Shown here: in pieces, positions 16,612 to 23,936 of the stretch
Layout: every line of letters begins with the position of its first letter
Position numbering within the stretch: the first letter of the stretch is position 1
Assembly (NCBI GenBank): GCA_016205145.1
Contig: JACQJH010000001.1
Span: 330,001-362,000 of the forward strand
Source of the DNA: Candidatus Iainarchaeum sp.
GTDB taxonomy: Archaea > Iainarchaeota > Iainarchaeia > Iainarchaeales > JACQJH01
Direction: 5' to 3'
DNA: 32,000 bases
The notes under the pieces: generated by a model
What the model saw: the letters and a program-made list of their open reading frames with translations, nothing else
The model's database searches: none
Told to the model about the DNA's origin: nothing
Translations under genes and position numbers: made by a program

Positions 16612-16975
16612 TTTTTATCCACTCCGTTATCTCCGAATCCGAATAATGGTTTTCCCTTATGCCAAGCAAAATTTTGGCATTTTCGGGGTTGTCGGGTATT
16701 GCCGTGCGGCAATTGTTTTCCGCCAGAAAATATTTCATTGCAATGAACGCCGTTCTTCTGTTGCCGCTGGCAAAGGCATGGCCTTGAACGAGGCATTTCA
16801 GGAGAACCGCAGCTTTCGCGTAAATGTCCCCGTCAAGCTTCCTGCAATTCTCGACGGCCTCTGAAAGCTTTGCCCTGCTTAAAACCTTTGCCGAATCAGA
16901 TTTCTTCGCCTTCAGAACGCTCAACGCCAAAACATTGAATTCTATGATTTTGTCGGGCGAAGGGTATGAAATCAT
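16577..16975 (-). CDS. Doc (death-on-curing)/Fic-family toxin-like protein
   Basis: AAVLLKCLVQGHAFASGNRRTAFIAMKYFLAENN matches the Doc core (HxFxxxN[KG]R plus RTA). ATG 16975 (MISYPSPDKIIEFN...) is preferred over the TTG at 17014. An AT-rich TTTTTATTA lies just upstream on the minus strand. Confidence 0.75.
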   Translation of the reverse strand: MISYPSPDKIIEFNVLALSVLKAKKSDSAKVLSRAKLSEAVENCRKLDGDIYAKAAVLLKCLVQGHAFASGNRRTAFIAMKYFLAENNCRTAIPDNPENAKILLGIRENHYSDSEITEWIKNGKIRKFERQH

Positions 16976-17027
16976 AAGTATTCTATTCTCCCCCGGCTTA
17001 ATAAAAATATCCAAAGGCAGCAGGCCT

Positions 17028-17387
17028 TTACTCCCATTCTATTTCATCGCCCAACCGCGCGCCCTTCGCCTTTCCGGCGGGCAGTTCGATGAAGTATTTC
17101 GCGGCCTTTTTCGGCGTGTAATTCGGGGTGAACGGCTGGAGGCTTTCTGCGATGTCCACAACCTTTCTGTTCGAGTCGAGGAAAATTATGTCAATCGCGA
17201 AGAACACGAACATCATGTGCACGCTTGCCCCGATTTTGGATTCGGAGTCAAGCACGAAAACAAGGCCGTAATCGAATTTTTTCGTGTCCTCGAACATGAG
17301 GCCGCGCAGTTTGTCCCAGGAAGCGGAAATGACCTTGGACTTTGCAATGATTTTTGTTTTGCGGGTTTTGTTGAAAATCATCCGCAA
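17028..17387 (-). CDS. DUF192 (COG1430) family protein
   Basis: 119 aa. GLMF...D.....MFVFFAIDIIFLD....V......L.PF......KAAKYFIELPAG fits my recollection of DUF192. Confidence 0.65.
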   Translation of the reverse strand: MRMIFNKTRKTKIIAKSKVISASWDKLRGLMFEDTKKFDYGLVFVLDSESKIGASVHMMFVFFAIDIIFLDSNRKVVDIAESLQPFTPNYTPKKAAKYFIELPAGKAKGARLGDEIEWE

Positions 17388-17459
17388 GAATTAGTGCGCC
17401 CCGCTTAAAATGTTTTTGTGTGCCTGCACTGCGGCCGGTGCGGCGGCTTTTTGTTCTAT

Positions 17460-17663
17460 TTACTTTTTGTCTTTGAGCAGTGACAGTTCGGGCACGATTA
17501 TTTCCTCGATGAGGCTTTTCGAGTATTTCGGCGACTGCTTTTCTTTGGCAGGATGCGGCATCCGCCTTTCAATCCTGCCGAGCCTTTTCCTCAGCACGCC
17601 CAGTATTTTTTCCATTCCGCGGATTTTCCTGTCCGAAACGCTTCCTGCTTGGCTTTTTGGCAT
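17460..17663 (-). CDS. Small basic hypothetical protein (67 aa)
   Basis: MPKSQAGSVSDRKIRGMEKILGVLRKRLGRIERRMPHPAKEK... An ATTTAAAAG box at about 17693-17701 lies ~30 nt upstream of ATG 17663 on the minus strand. No family was recognised. Confidence 0.4.
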   Translation of the reverse strand: MPKSQAGSVSDRKIRGMEKILGVLRKRLGRIERRMPHPAKEKQSPKYSKSLIEEIIVPELSLLKDKK

Positions 17664-17782
17664 TTGTACCAACAAAACAATCGCTTTCAGGCTTTTAAAT
17701 GATATCCTTTTAAAAGCTATTAAAAGAATAAACTTTACAACCGGCTTCGGAAAAAAAACCGGTTTTTTTTTGGTGCGGCCAA

Positions 17783-18481
17783 ATGGAACTATCCTCGGTT
17801 GCTTTCATTCCCGACGGAAACAGGCGGTATGCCGTCAGCAATGGCATTTCCCTGGCGGAAAGCTATGCCTTGGGCACGCAGAAGGCATGGGATGTGGTCA
17901 AATGGCTTTCAGATTACCCGAAAATAAGGGTGGGCACGTTTTACACGCTTTCCCTGGAAAACCTCACGCGCAAAAAATCCGAGCTCAAGCTGCTTTTCAA
18001 AATCTTCGAGAAACAGCTGGACAGGGTTGAAGGCAACAGCCTGCTTGAAGAGCACCAGGTGAAACTGAACTTTGTCGGTCGCACGGACCTCCTGCCGAAA
18101 ATAGTGCAGGACAAAATCGCAAAGGCCGAGAAATGCACGGAAAACTTTTCCGACAAGACAATAAACTTGGCAATCGGCTACAATGGCCGGACCGAAATAG
18201 TCGACGCGGCCAAGGCAATCGCCCAAAAATTCGCGCGCGGAAAAATAAGCCTCGACCAGATAGACGAGGACTCGTTCAAGGACTACCTGTACAGGGGCTC
18301 TTTCGACCCGGACATGATAATCAGGACTTCCGGCACGCAGCGCCTTTCAGGCTTTCTCACATACCAGAGCGTTTACTCCGAACTCTACTTCTGCGACAAG
18401 TTCTGGCCCGAATTCTCGCGCACCGACCTTGACAGGGCGATTGCGGACTACGATGAAAGGCAAAGGCGCTTCGGAAAATAA
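17783..18481 (+). CDS. uppS: cis-prenyltransferase (undecaprenyl/polyprenyl diphosphate synthase)
   Basis: VAFIPDGNRRYA, LSLENL.R, IGYNGR.EIV, IRTSG..RLSGFL.YQS.YSELYF and the C-terminal RRFGK are all canonical UppS motifs. Confidence 0.9.
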   Translation: MELSSVAFIPDGNRRYAVSNGISLAESYALGTQKAWDVVKWLSDYPKIRVGTFYTLSLENLTRKKSELKLLFKIFEKQLDRVEGNSLLEEHQVKLNFVGRTDLLPKIVQDKIAKAEKCTENFSDKTINLAIGYNGRTEIVDAAKAIAQKFARGKISLDQIDEDSFKDYLYRGSFDPDMIIRTSGTQRLSGFLTYQSVYSELYFCDKFWPEFSRTDLDRAIADYDERQRRFGK

Positions 18482-18536
18482 GGCCGAAACGCAAAAGTTA
18501 AATGCCTTCTCCCGAATAATTTCTTTCTGCCATTCT

Positions 18537-18609
18537 AGCCCCGTAGTCTAGTGGCCAAGGATTCGAGGCTCTGGACCTCGAGACGAGAGTTCGAATCTCT
18601 CCGGGGCTA
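18537..18609 (+). tRNA. tRNA-Gln (anticodon CUG), no encoded CCA
   Basis: Hand-folded cloverleaf. The acceptor stem is AGCCCCG/CGGGGCT with discriminator A. The D stem is GTCT/GGAT with GG in the loop. The anticodon stem is CGAGG/CCTCG with loop CT-CTG-GA. The variable loop has 4 nt. The T arm is GAGAG-TTCGAAT-CTCTC. Confidence 0.93.
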
Positions 18610-18611
18610 AG

Positions 18612-18790
18612 CGGTTTCGTCCGCAGCCGTCTCGTCCGGCTGGTACGAACCAAGGCGTATTGCTGATCGCAATACGCCGGGTATGCTGTTTGTGCATAAG
18701 TGGTATTGCGCAAGCAATACCACGCAAGGGGTTTGCAAGGGGCGCTAGCCCCTGCGTTGTGACACGCCGAGTAAGCCGGCCTTTTTTTTT
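18612..18790 (+). repeat. Structured intergenic repeat element, copy 2, immediately 3' of tRNA-Gln and ending in a T10 run
   Basis: It shares the blocks of 4109-4245. Hairpin A is at 18654-18678 (GGCGTATTGC-TGATC-GCAATACGCC). An extra hairpin B is at 18700-18723 (GTGGTATTGC-GCAA-GCAATACCAC). Hairpin C is at 18735-18755 (GCA-A-GGGGC-GCTA-GCCCC-TGC). The T10 run is at 18782-18791. Confidence 0.75.
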
Positions 18791-18900
18791 TAGGAACCCA
18801 AAAAAGAAACCGCGGCATACTACTTTCTGCCGTATGCCACTGCCTAGCTCGGCTGGTTTTTGTCTGTTTGGCATTGTAAAGAATTCGGATTATTTTTTTT

Positions 18901-19548
18901 TCAGTCCGCATGGCCGTATTTTGCCTGCACTTGTCCCGGGGCCGAAACGGTTGGCGGCTCTGCGCGGTAAATCAGCCAGATAAAATCTACCTGTCCATCG
19001 GATTCTTCAATCGGCCCGTCCGCGATCCCGCCGTTCCAGTTGTCTAAAACGATTTTTCTTGCCGGGCCATAGGAATCGACTTTCCATTTCGTCCAGTCCG
19101 CGTCTTCAATCGCGGCAACGCTCCACTTTCCGGCCGAGCTGCTGAACTGCCATGTCCCGTCCGCGTTTATTTCGAGCCGGTGCCCTGTTCCGCTTCCCAC
19201 GTCCCCGCCTCCGCCCGCGTCATAAAACAGCCTTGAGGACAGGGCGCGCCATGAGCCGGCAAATTCCTGCGGATTTGACTGGCTTGCCTTGCCGGCTTCA
19301 ATGCCGGGAATTTCATCTTCTTCTGATGGAATGGCCGGAGGCGCATCGCTTTCATCTTCCGCAATCGCCTGTATTTCCTCGTTGTCGCTTGGCGGTGCAG
19401 GGGGCAGGTCGGAATCCTCTATTGCCGCTTGTTTGCCGCCTGCATCGGCACTTTTGGCGGTTTGCGGAAATTGTGTGCATCCTGCAAGCAGGATTAATGC
19501 AAGCAATGCCAATAATGCCAAATTTTTGAATTTCATTTTATCCATCAT
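18901..19548 (-). CDS. Secreted lipoprotein-like protein with an acidic Pro-rich repeat
   Basis: The signal peptide has a lipobox-like LLAGC (MMDKMKFKNLALLALLALILLAGC). A tandem acidic repeat reads EDSDLPPAPPSDNEEIQA / EDESDAPPAIPSEEDEIPG. Its start overlaps the upstream stop (ATGA at 19545-19548). Confidence 0.7.
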   Translation of the reverse strand: MMDKMKFKNLALLALLALILLAGCTQFPQTAKSADAGGKQAAIEDSDLPPAPPSDNEEIQAIAEDESDAPPAIPSEEDEIPGIEAGKASQSNPQEFAGSWRALSSRLFYDAGGGGDVGSGTGHRLEINADGTWQFSSSAGKWSVAAIEDADWTKWKVDSYGPARKIVLDNWNGGIADGPIEESDGQVDFIWLIYRAEPPTVSAPGQVQAKYGHAD

Positions 19549-20828
19549 CCCGCATCCTCAATATACCGCCTGCCTCTTGTTCCTTGCGGGGTTATTCCGG
19601 AATCTTGCGAGGCTGTTATTTCATCGGTTGATTCCGGTGCGGCTGGCGGCGCTTCCTCGCCGTCTTCGCTGCCAAGAATGCAGTCATCGGCAACTTTGAT
19701 CCAGTAGCCGGTTCCGGCATTAAGCTGGTCGCGCTTGTAGTAGCCCTGCGGCTTTCCGTTTTCAATGAACCCGCTGTAAGTGAGCGGGCCTTTGAGTATG
19801 CTGCAGCTCGTGTTTTTTGCAGTGTCGAACGATTTTTCCGTTTGGATGCTTATAAGGTTCCAGCCTTTTTTCAGCGCTATTGCCTGTTCGGACAGGAATT
19901 TGCCCGTATACTTTATTGTGCAGTCGCCGCTGGCGCTTTTCGGGCTGGCCCTTTTGGCCCACAGGCCTTTTCCGATGAGGCTCTTGTCTTTCAGGTCAGT
20001 GACTTTCCGGTACTTGCCGTTTTCCTTGTCGTAGTAATAGAATTTTGAAACGCATGAATGGTTCTCGCTTGAAATTTCTGCGTATGGCACGCCGACAAGG
20101 CTCCATGTCCAATCCAGCGCGAACCTCAGTTCCCGCTCGGTGCCGGTTGCGGCTTGCGCCTGCTTGAAGCACCTGCCTGTTGAGTCAACAACAAGCCCGC
20201 CATTGCAGGTCTTTCCGTTCGGGGGCGCGGCGCCGCATGCGTATAACCCCTCGCAGCCGCAAAGAATGTACCCTGTGCGGTCCCAAACGGTCCCGTTCTT
20301 GCACGAAGTGTCTTGTGCCGGCGGGGTTGGTGCGGGTGCCGGGCTTGGAGCCGGAGCAGGGGCCGTGCCGGCCTTGGAGGAAGCTTTCACTGTCACAGCC
20401 GCATAATCGTTCGCGCCATTCTTGCACGTAATGTCGGTGAAGCAGTAGCCGCCGCTGCAGACAACGTCATCCAAAAAAATTTTGGCCGACACCTTGTAGT
20501 CGACGTCCTTGCCTGAGGCTTTGTAAGTGCAGTATGCGCCCGAATACGACAGAGTTGTGCTTGTGTAAGCAGCAATCCTTGCAGTCACGGCATCCTCGTT
20601 CGCGCCGGGCAAGGCGTTTCCCGCATTGCAGTTCACTTCGACTTTGGTATTGCCGTTGAAACCGCCTGCAAGCCCTTCGCCGAAAACCGTGACCCTTCCG
20701 GCATTCGCGCCGTAATCGTTGTCAATATCGACAATGGCCGGCGTTGCGGAAACATCGCAGCTTGCCGCGGACGCAAAAGCCGCGAACAATGCAACAAACA
20801 TCAAAAAAGCAATGGGTTTACCAAACAT
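19545..20828 (-). CDS. Secreted Cys-rich protein (427 aa)
   Basis: The Sec-type signal peptide is MFGKPIAFLMFVALFAAFASA. GGAGG lies 8 nt upstream of the ATG. It has an APAPAPSPAPAPTPP linker, many Cys residues and an acidic C-terminal tail. Confidence 0.75.
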   Translation of the reverse strand: MFGKPIAFLMFVALFAAFASAASCDVSATPAIVDIDNDYGANAGRVTVFGEGLAGGFNGNTKVEVNCNAGNALPGANEDAVTARIAAYTSTTLSYSGAYCTYKASGKDVDYKVSAKIFLDDVVCSGGYCFTDITCKNGANDYAAVTVKASSKAGTAPAPAPSPAPAPTPPAQDTSCKNGTVWDRTGYILCGCEGLYACGAAPPNGKTCNGGLVVDSTGRCFKQAQAATGTERELRFALDWTWSLVGVPYAEISSENHSCVSKFYYYDKENGKYRKVTDLKDKSLIGKGLWAKRASPKSASGDCTIKYTGKFLSEQAIALKKGWNLISIQTEKSFDTAKNTSCSILKGPLTYSGFIENGKPQGYYKRDQLNAGTGYWIKVADDCILGSEDGEEAPPAAPESTDEITASQDSGITPQGTRGRRYIEDAG

Positions 20829-20954
20829 TTTTGCCGCCTCCGTGGAACAACGCAGAAACGCTTTATGGTTTCCCGAATATATAAATTATTCGGTTAAAGC
20901 TTTTTTTGTTCGGTTAAAACTTTTCCAATGCTGCAGCTGAAAGCCTGCGGCCGC

Positions 20955-22100
20955 TCATGTCATCTGGAATTTCATGAATTCGGGCGCCATGAACCAGAAG
21001 CGCGGGTTTGCGATTATCTTGCCGACAAACCTGCTCGGGTAATCCATGTGCCCGTGTTCTTCGAGCACTTCTTTTATGCCGGCTTTTTTGAGCTTTGAAA
21101 AAAAATTGTTCATCTGCTCGTAGCTCAGGGAGTTCGCGTATTTTCTCATTTTCCAGTGCAATGCAAGCTCCTTGTTTATGCCTTCGAGGCTTTTGTCGAA
21201 GTTTTCAAGCGGCGACTTGTGGATGAGGTGCGAGGCGATCGTCTGCGCGCAGATTTCAGATGCCTTCAGGCCGAGGATTATGCCGCCGCCCGTCGTGGCT
21301 TTGGCGTGCATGCCCGCGTCCCCGACAAGCATCATGTTGTCCTTGACAACGCTTTTCATCGGCGGGCCGCATGGAATGAGGAAGCTCGACGGGCCGCCGA
21401 TCCAGTCGACCATTTCGCCGCGCTTTGCCGTGAATTCTTCCAGCGCGGAATTGATGTTGGTGCCGAGCGTTGCGCCCAGGCCGATTTCCGCGATTTTTTC
21501 GCTTTTCGGTATGACCCAGGCAAAGTATCCGGGCGCGAACCTGCCGACGTGCACTTCAACCATGTCCGGCGTGAATGTTCCTTCGGCAAGCCTCTGGATT
21601 GCGTGCACGAAGTTTTCCCTGCCCAAGCCTATGCCTGCTGCCTGCCTCACAGTGCTGTTGACGCCGTCCGCTCCGACAACGATGTCGGATTTTATCATTT
21701 CGCCGTGCCCCGCTTCAAGGAAAAGGTTTTTTCCGCGGATGCTCCTGACTTTTGCGCCGAATTTTATTTCAACGCCTTTCGCTTTCGCCTTGGCTTCAAT
21801 GCTCTGGTCGAACCTTGCCCTGTCCAATACGACTGCAACGGTTTCCTGCCTTCTCACTTCAATGCTTTCATTGTTGGGCGCAAAAATTTTCGCACCGCTT
21901 ATGCGGTTGACTATGACGTCCTCGTCATAATAGCCTGATTCGATGAGCCCGCTTTTCGACACCAGGCCGGAACAGTTGACGGGTTCGCCGATTTTTTTGT
22001 GCTCTTCTATTACGCCGACGTCAAAGCCGTGCTCCTTTATTTTGAGCGCGCAATTCAACCCTGTCGGCCCGCCGCCGACAACCGTGACGAGGTAGCCCAT
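20955..22100 (-). CDS. Geranylgeranyl reductase family FAD-dependent oxidoreductase (likely digeranylgeranylglycerophospholipid reductase)
   Basis: It has the N-terminal FAD fold VVGGGPTGLNCA, then GEPVNCSGLVS, VVGADGVNSTVR and MLVGDAGMHAKATTGGGI, and is ~380 aa long. Confidence 0.85.
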   Translation of the reverse strand: MGYLVTVVGGGPTGLNCALKIKEHGFDVGVIEEHKKIGEPVNCSGLVSKSGLIESGYYDEDVIVNRISGAKIFAPNNESIEVRRQETVAVVLDRARFDQSIEAKAKAKGVEIKFGAKVRSIRGKNLFLEAGHGEMIKSDIVVGADGVNSTVRQAAGIGLGRENFVHAIQRLAEGTFTPDMVEVHVGRFAPGYFAWVIPKSEKIAEIGLGATLGTNINSALEEFTAKRGEMVDWIGGPSSFLIPCGPPMKSVVKDNMMLVGDAGMHAKATTGGGIILGLKASEICAQTIASHLIHKSPLENFDKSLEGINKELALHWKMRKYANSLSYEQMNNFFSKLKKAGIKEVLEEHGHMDYPSRFVGKIIANPRFWFMAPEFMKFQMT

Positions 22101-22139
22101 CGGATAGATTATGGGCTGATGACTTTTTAATTTTCAGCT

Positions 22140-22817
22140 TTACGCTTTTTCGGCCAATGCAAGCAGGTACGGCAGGCCTGCCTTGGGCAGGGCAAAGTCC
22201 AATGGCTTGAGCAAAAAGTATTTGGGGTAAAAGAATTTTTTTGACAAAAAGCGCACGTTTGAAAACCCGGCTTTTTCAAGCTCCGCCTTCAGCTCTTGCG
22301 CGGAAAATTCCTTTTCATGCTCCGCAAGATGGCCGTCATCGTGCTTGCGGTAAACTTCCCGGTTGGGCGTGTACACAAGGACCTTCCCGCCTTTGCGCAG
22401 TACCCTGCAGCATTCCCTGAGCGCGTTTGCATAATTTTTCATGTGCTCGATCGAGTCAAGCATTGTCACTGATTCGAATTCCGCGCTTTTGAATGGAAGC
22501 TTTTCGCCGGCGTCGCCGCTTATGACGTCAAGGCCCTTTTCCCTGCACGCCTTCGCCTCGTAGTCCGTTGCGGTTATGCCTTTCACGTCGAAGTTGAATG
22601 CCTTCAGTGCGGACATCATTTCGCCGAAGCCGCAGCCAACATCGAGCAGTTTCCTGTCCATCTCCGAAAAAACGATGTTGAATATTGCCAGGTCGGCGAA
22701 GCCCCGCCGCTTTTCCGGGTACTTTTCCGCGTAATGCCTTTCAAGCTGTTTTTTTGTGAAACCCAGGAAGACCACGCCGCTGCCGTTTGCCTTTTTTTCT
22801 GCCCGCAACCAACTCAA
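22140..22817 (-). CDS. Class I SAM-dependent methyltransferase
   Basis: Motif I is LLDVGCGFGEMM. Further matches are FESVTMLDSIEHM and LRKGGKVLVYTPN. The start is uncertain (TTG 22817 or a downstream GTG). Confidence 0.75.
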   Translation of the reverse strand: MSWLRAEKKANGSGVVFLGFTKKQLERHYAEKYPEKRRGFADLAIFNIVFSEMDRKLLDVGCGFGEMMSALKAFNFDVKGITATDYEAKACREKGLDVISGDAGEKLPFKSAEFESVTMLDSIEHMKNYANALRECCRVLRKGGKVLVYTPNREVYRKHDDGHLAEHEKEFSAQELKAELEKAGFSNVRFLSKKFFYPKYFLLKPLDFALPKAGLPYLLALAEKA

Positions 22818-22861
22818 ACCACAAAAAACCTTTTAAATGCTGTTCGCAGTTATTCTGTTTC

Positions 22862-23218
22862 ATGGTTCTGGAAATAATTTACGGCTTTGCCTCGCTGGCA
22901 TTCGCGTTGCTCGTGCCGGGCTATTTTTTCTGCCTCGGCTTTTTTCCGCAAAAAGGCGACATTGACGGGTTGGAACGCCTGGCATTCTCGCTTGTCTTTT
23001 CCATAACGCTTCTGCCATTGCTCGTGCTCTTCGAAAACATCCTTCTCGGCGTGCGCATAGTTTTCGTGACAGTCGCGGCGAACATGGCCTTGATAATCCT
23101 GTGCGGCCTTCTGCTCTACCTTGTGCGCACGAAAAAGGTTCCTTTTCCCGGCCTGTTCTACAAGTTCGTTCCGGCAGTGCCAAAAGGCGAAGAGTTTCCG
23201 GTAATTCCGGTAAAGTAG
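22862..23218 (+). CDS. Small polytopic membrane protein resembling the N-terminal region of DUF1616 proteins
   Basis: ATG 22862 lies 24 nt after TTTTAAAT (22831-22838). LLVPGYFFCLGFFPQKGDIDGLERLAFSLVFSITLLPLL resembles the DUF1616 N-terminus, a family common next to archaeal glycosylation genes. Confidence 0.5.
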   Translation: MVLEIIYGFASLAFALLVPGYFFCLGFFPQKGDIDGLERLAFSLVFSITLLPLLVLFENILLGVRIVFVTVAANMALIILCGLLLYLVRTKKVPFPGLFYKFVPAVPKGEEFPVIPVK

Positions 23219-23219
23219 C

Positions 23220-23936
23220 CTACTTTTGTTTGCCCTGCCAGTCCTTTCTTGCTTTCTCAAGTCTCGCAAGGTTGTCTGTCGGCAGCCATTGGCCCTGGCA
23301 AAGAACCCCGAACAGCTTTCCTTTCGCGGCGATTTTCGGGAACGCGTCGCGCTCGATGCTCGACTTTCCGTCCGGCAGGTAATTGAAAATCTCCGGGCCG
23401 AGGATGTAGAGGCCGGCGCTAACGGTTGCGTTTTTTGTCACGGCATTTTTTTCGTCAAAGCTCGTTATCCTGCCGCCTTCAAGCCTCACTGCGCCGAATT
23501 CCGAGGCATCATGGATTTCCTTTAGTGCGAGCGTTGCAACCGCCCCTTCGGCGAAATGCGTTTTGAGAATCGGTTCCGGATTGAAGTCTTTAAGCTCGTC
23601 GCCGTTCATCATCAGGAAATCCGAATCGAAAAAGCCTTGCGCGAGCTTCAGCGCCCCGCCCGTGCCAAAGAATTCTTTTTCAACGCTGTAAACGATTTTC
23701 ACGCCGAATTTTTTTCCCGTGCCGAAATAATCGCGGATTTTTTCATGCAGGTGCCCGACGCCCAAAACGACTTCTTTTGCGCCGAACCTTTTCGCGAGTT
23801 CAACGTTGTATTCGAGGATTGGTTTGCCTTTCACTTCGACCATGACCTTGGGCGTGTCCTTGGTCAAAGGCATGAGCCGTTCGCCTTTTCCCCCCGCAAG
23901 AATGAATGCCTTTCCGATTTTTTTTGCCGCATGCAT
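23220..23936 (-). CDS. Sugar-1-phosphate nucleotidyltransferase (G1P-NT/RmlA-like short form)
   Basis: KAFILAGGKGERLMPLTKDTPKVMVEVKGKPILEY matches the canonical GGxGxRLxPLT..xPK signature. The body is NTP_transferase-like. Its ATG overlaps the GT4 stop (TAATG). Confidence 0.8.
   Translation of the reverse strand: MHAAKKIGKAFILAGGKGERLMPLTKDTPKVMVEVKGKPILEYNVELAKRFGAKEVVLGVGHLHEKIRDYFGTGKKFGVKIVYSVEKEFFGTGGALKLAQGFFDSDFLMMNGDELKDFNPEPILKTHFAEGAVATLALKEIHDASEFGAVRLEGGRITSFDEKNAVTKNATVSAGLYILGPEIFNYLPDGKSSIERDAFPKIAAKGKLFGVLCQGQWLPTDNLARLEKARKDWQGKQK

Noticed and set aside
18610-18790. C/D-box or H/ACA sRNA identity for the tRNA-linked element
   Set aside because: I found no RUGAUGA C box; the only CTGA lies inside a hairpin loop. 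No ACA box follows the hairpins at the right distance. The element also does not resemble SRP RNA or RNase P RNA.
18537-20940. Integrated genomic island at tRNA-Gln carrying the two secreted-protein genes
   Set aside because: I found no direct repeat of the tRNA 3' half downstream and no integrase or other mobility gene. Composition is not visibly different from the flanks.
21156-21938. Two overlapping plus-strand ORFs of ~250 aa
   Set aside because: They are antisense to the geranylgeranyl reductase gene, which has clear FAD-binding motifs. They are shadow ORFs.
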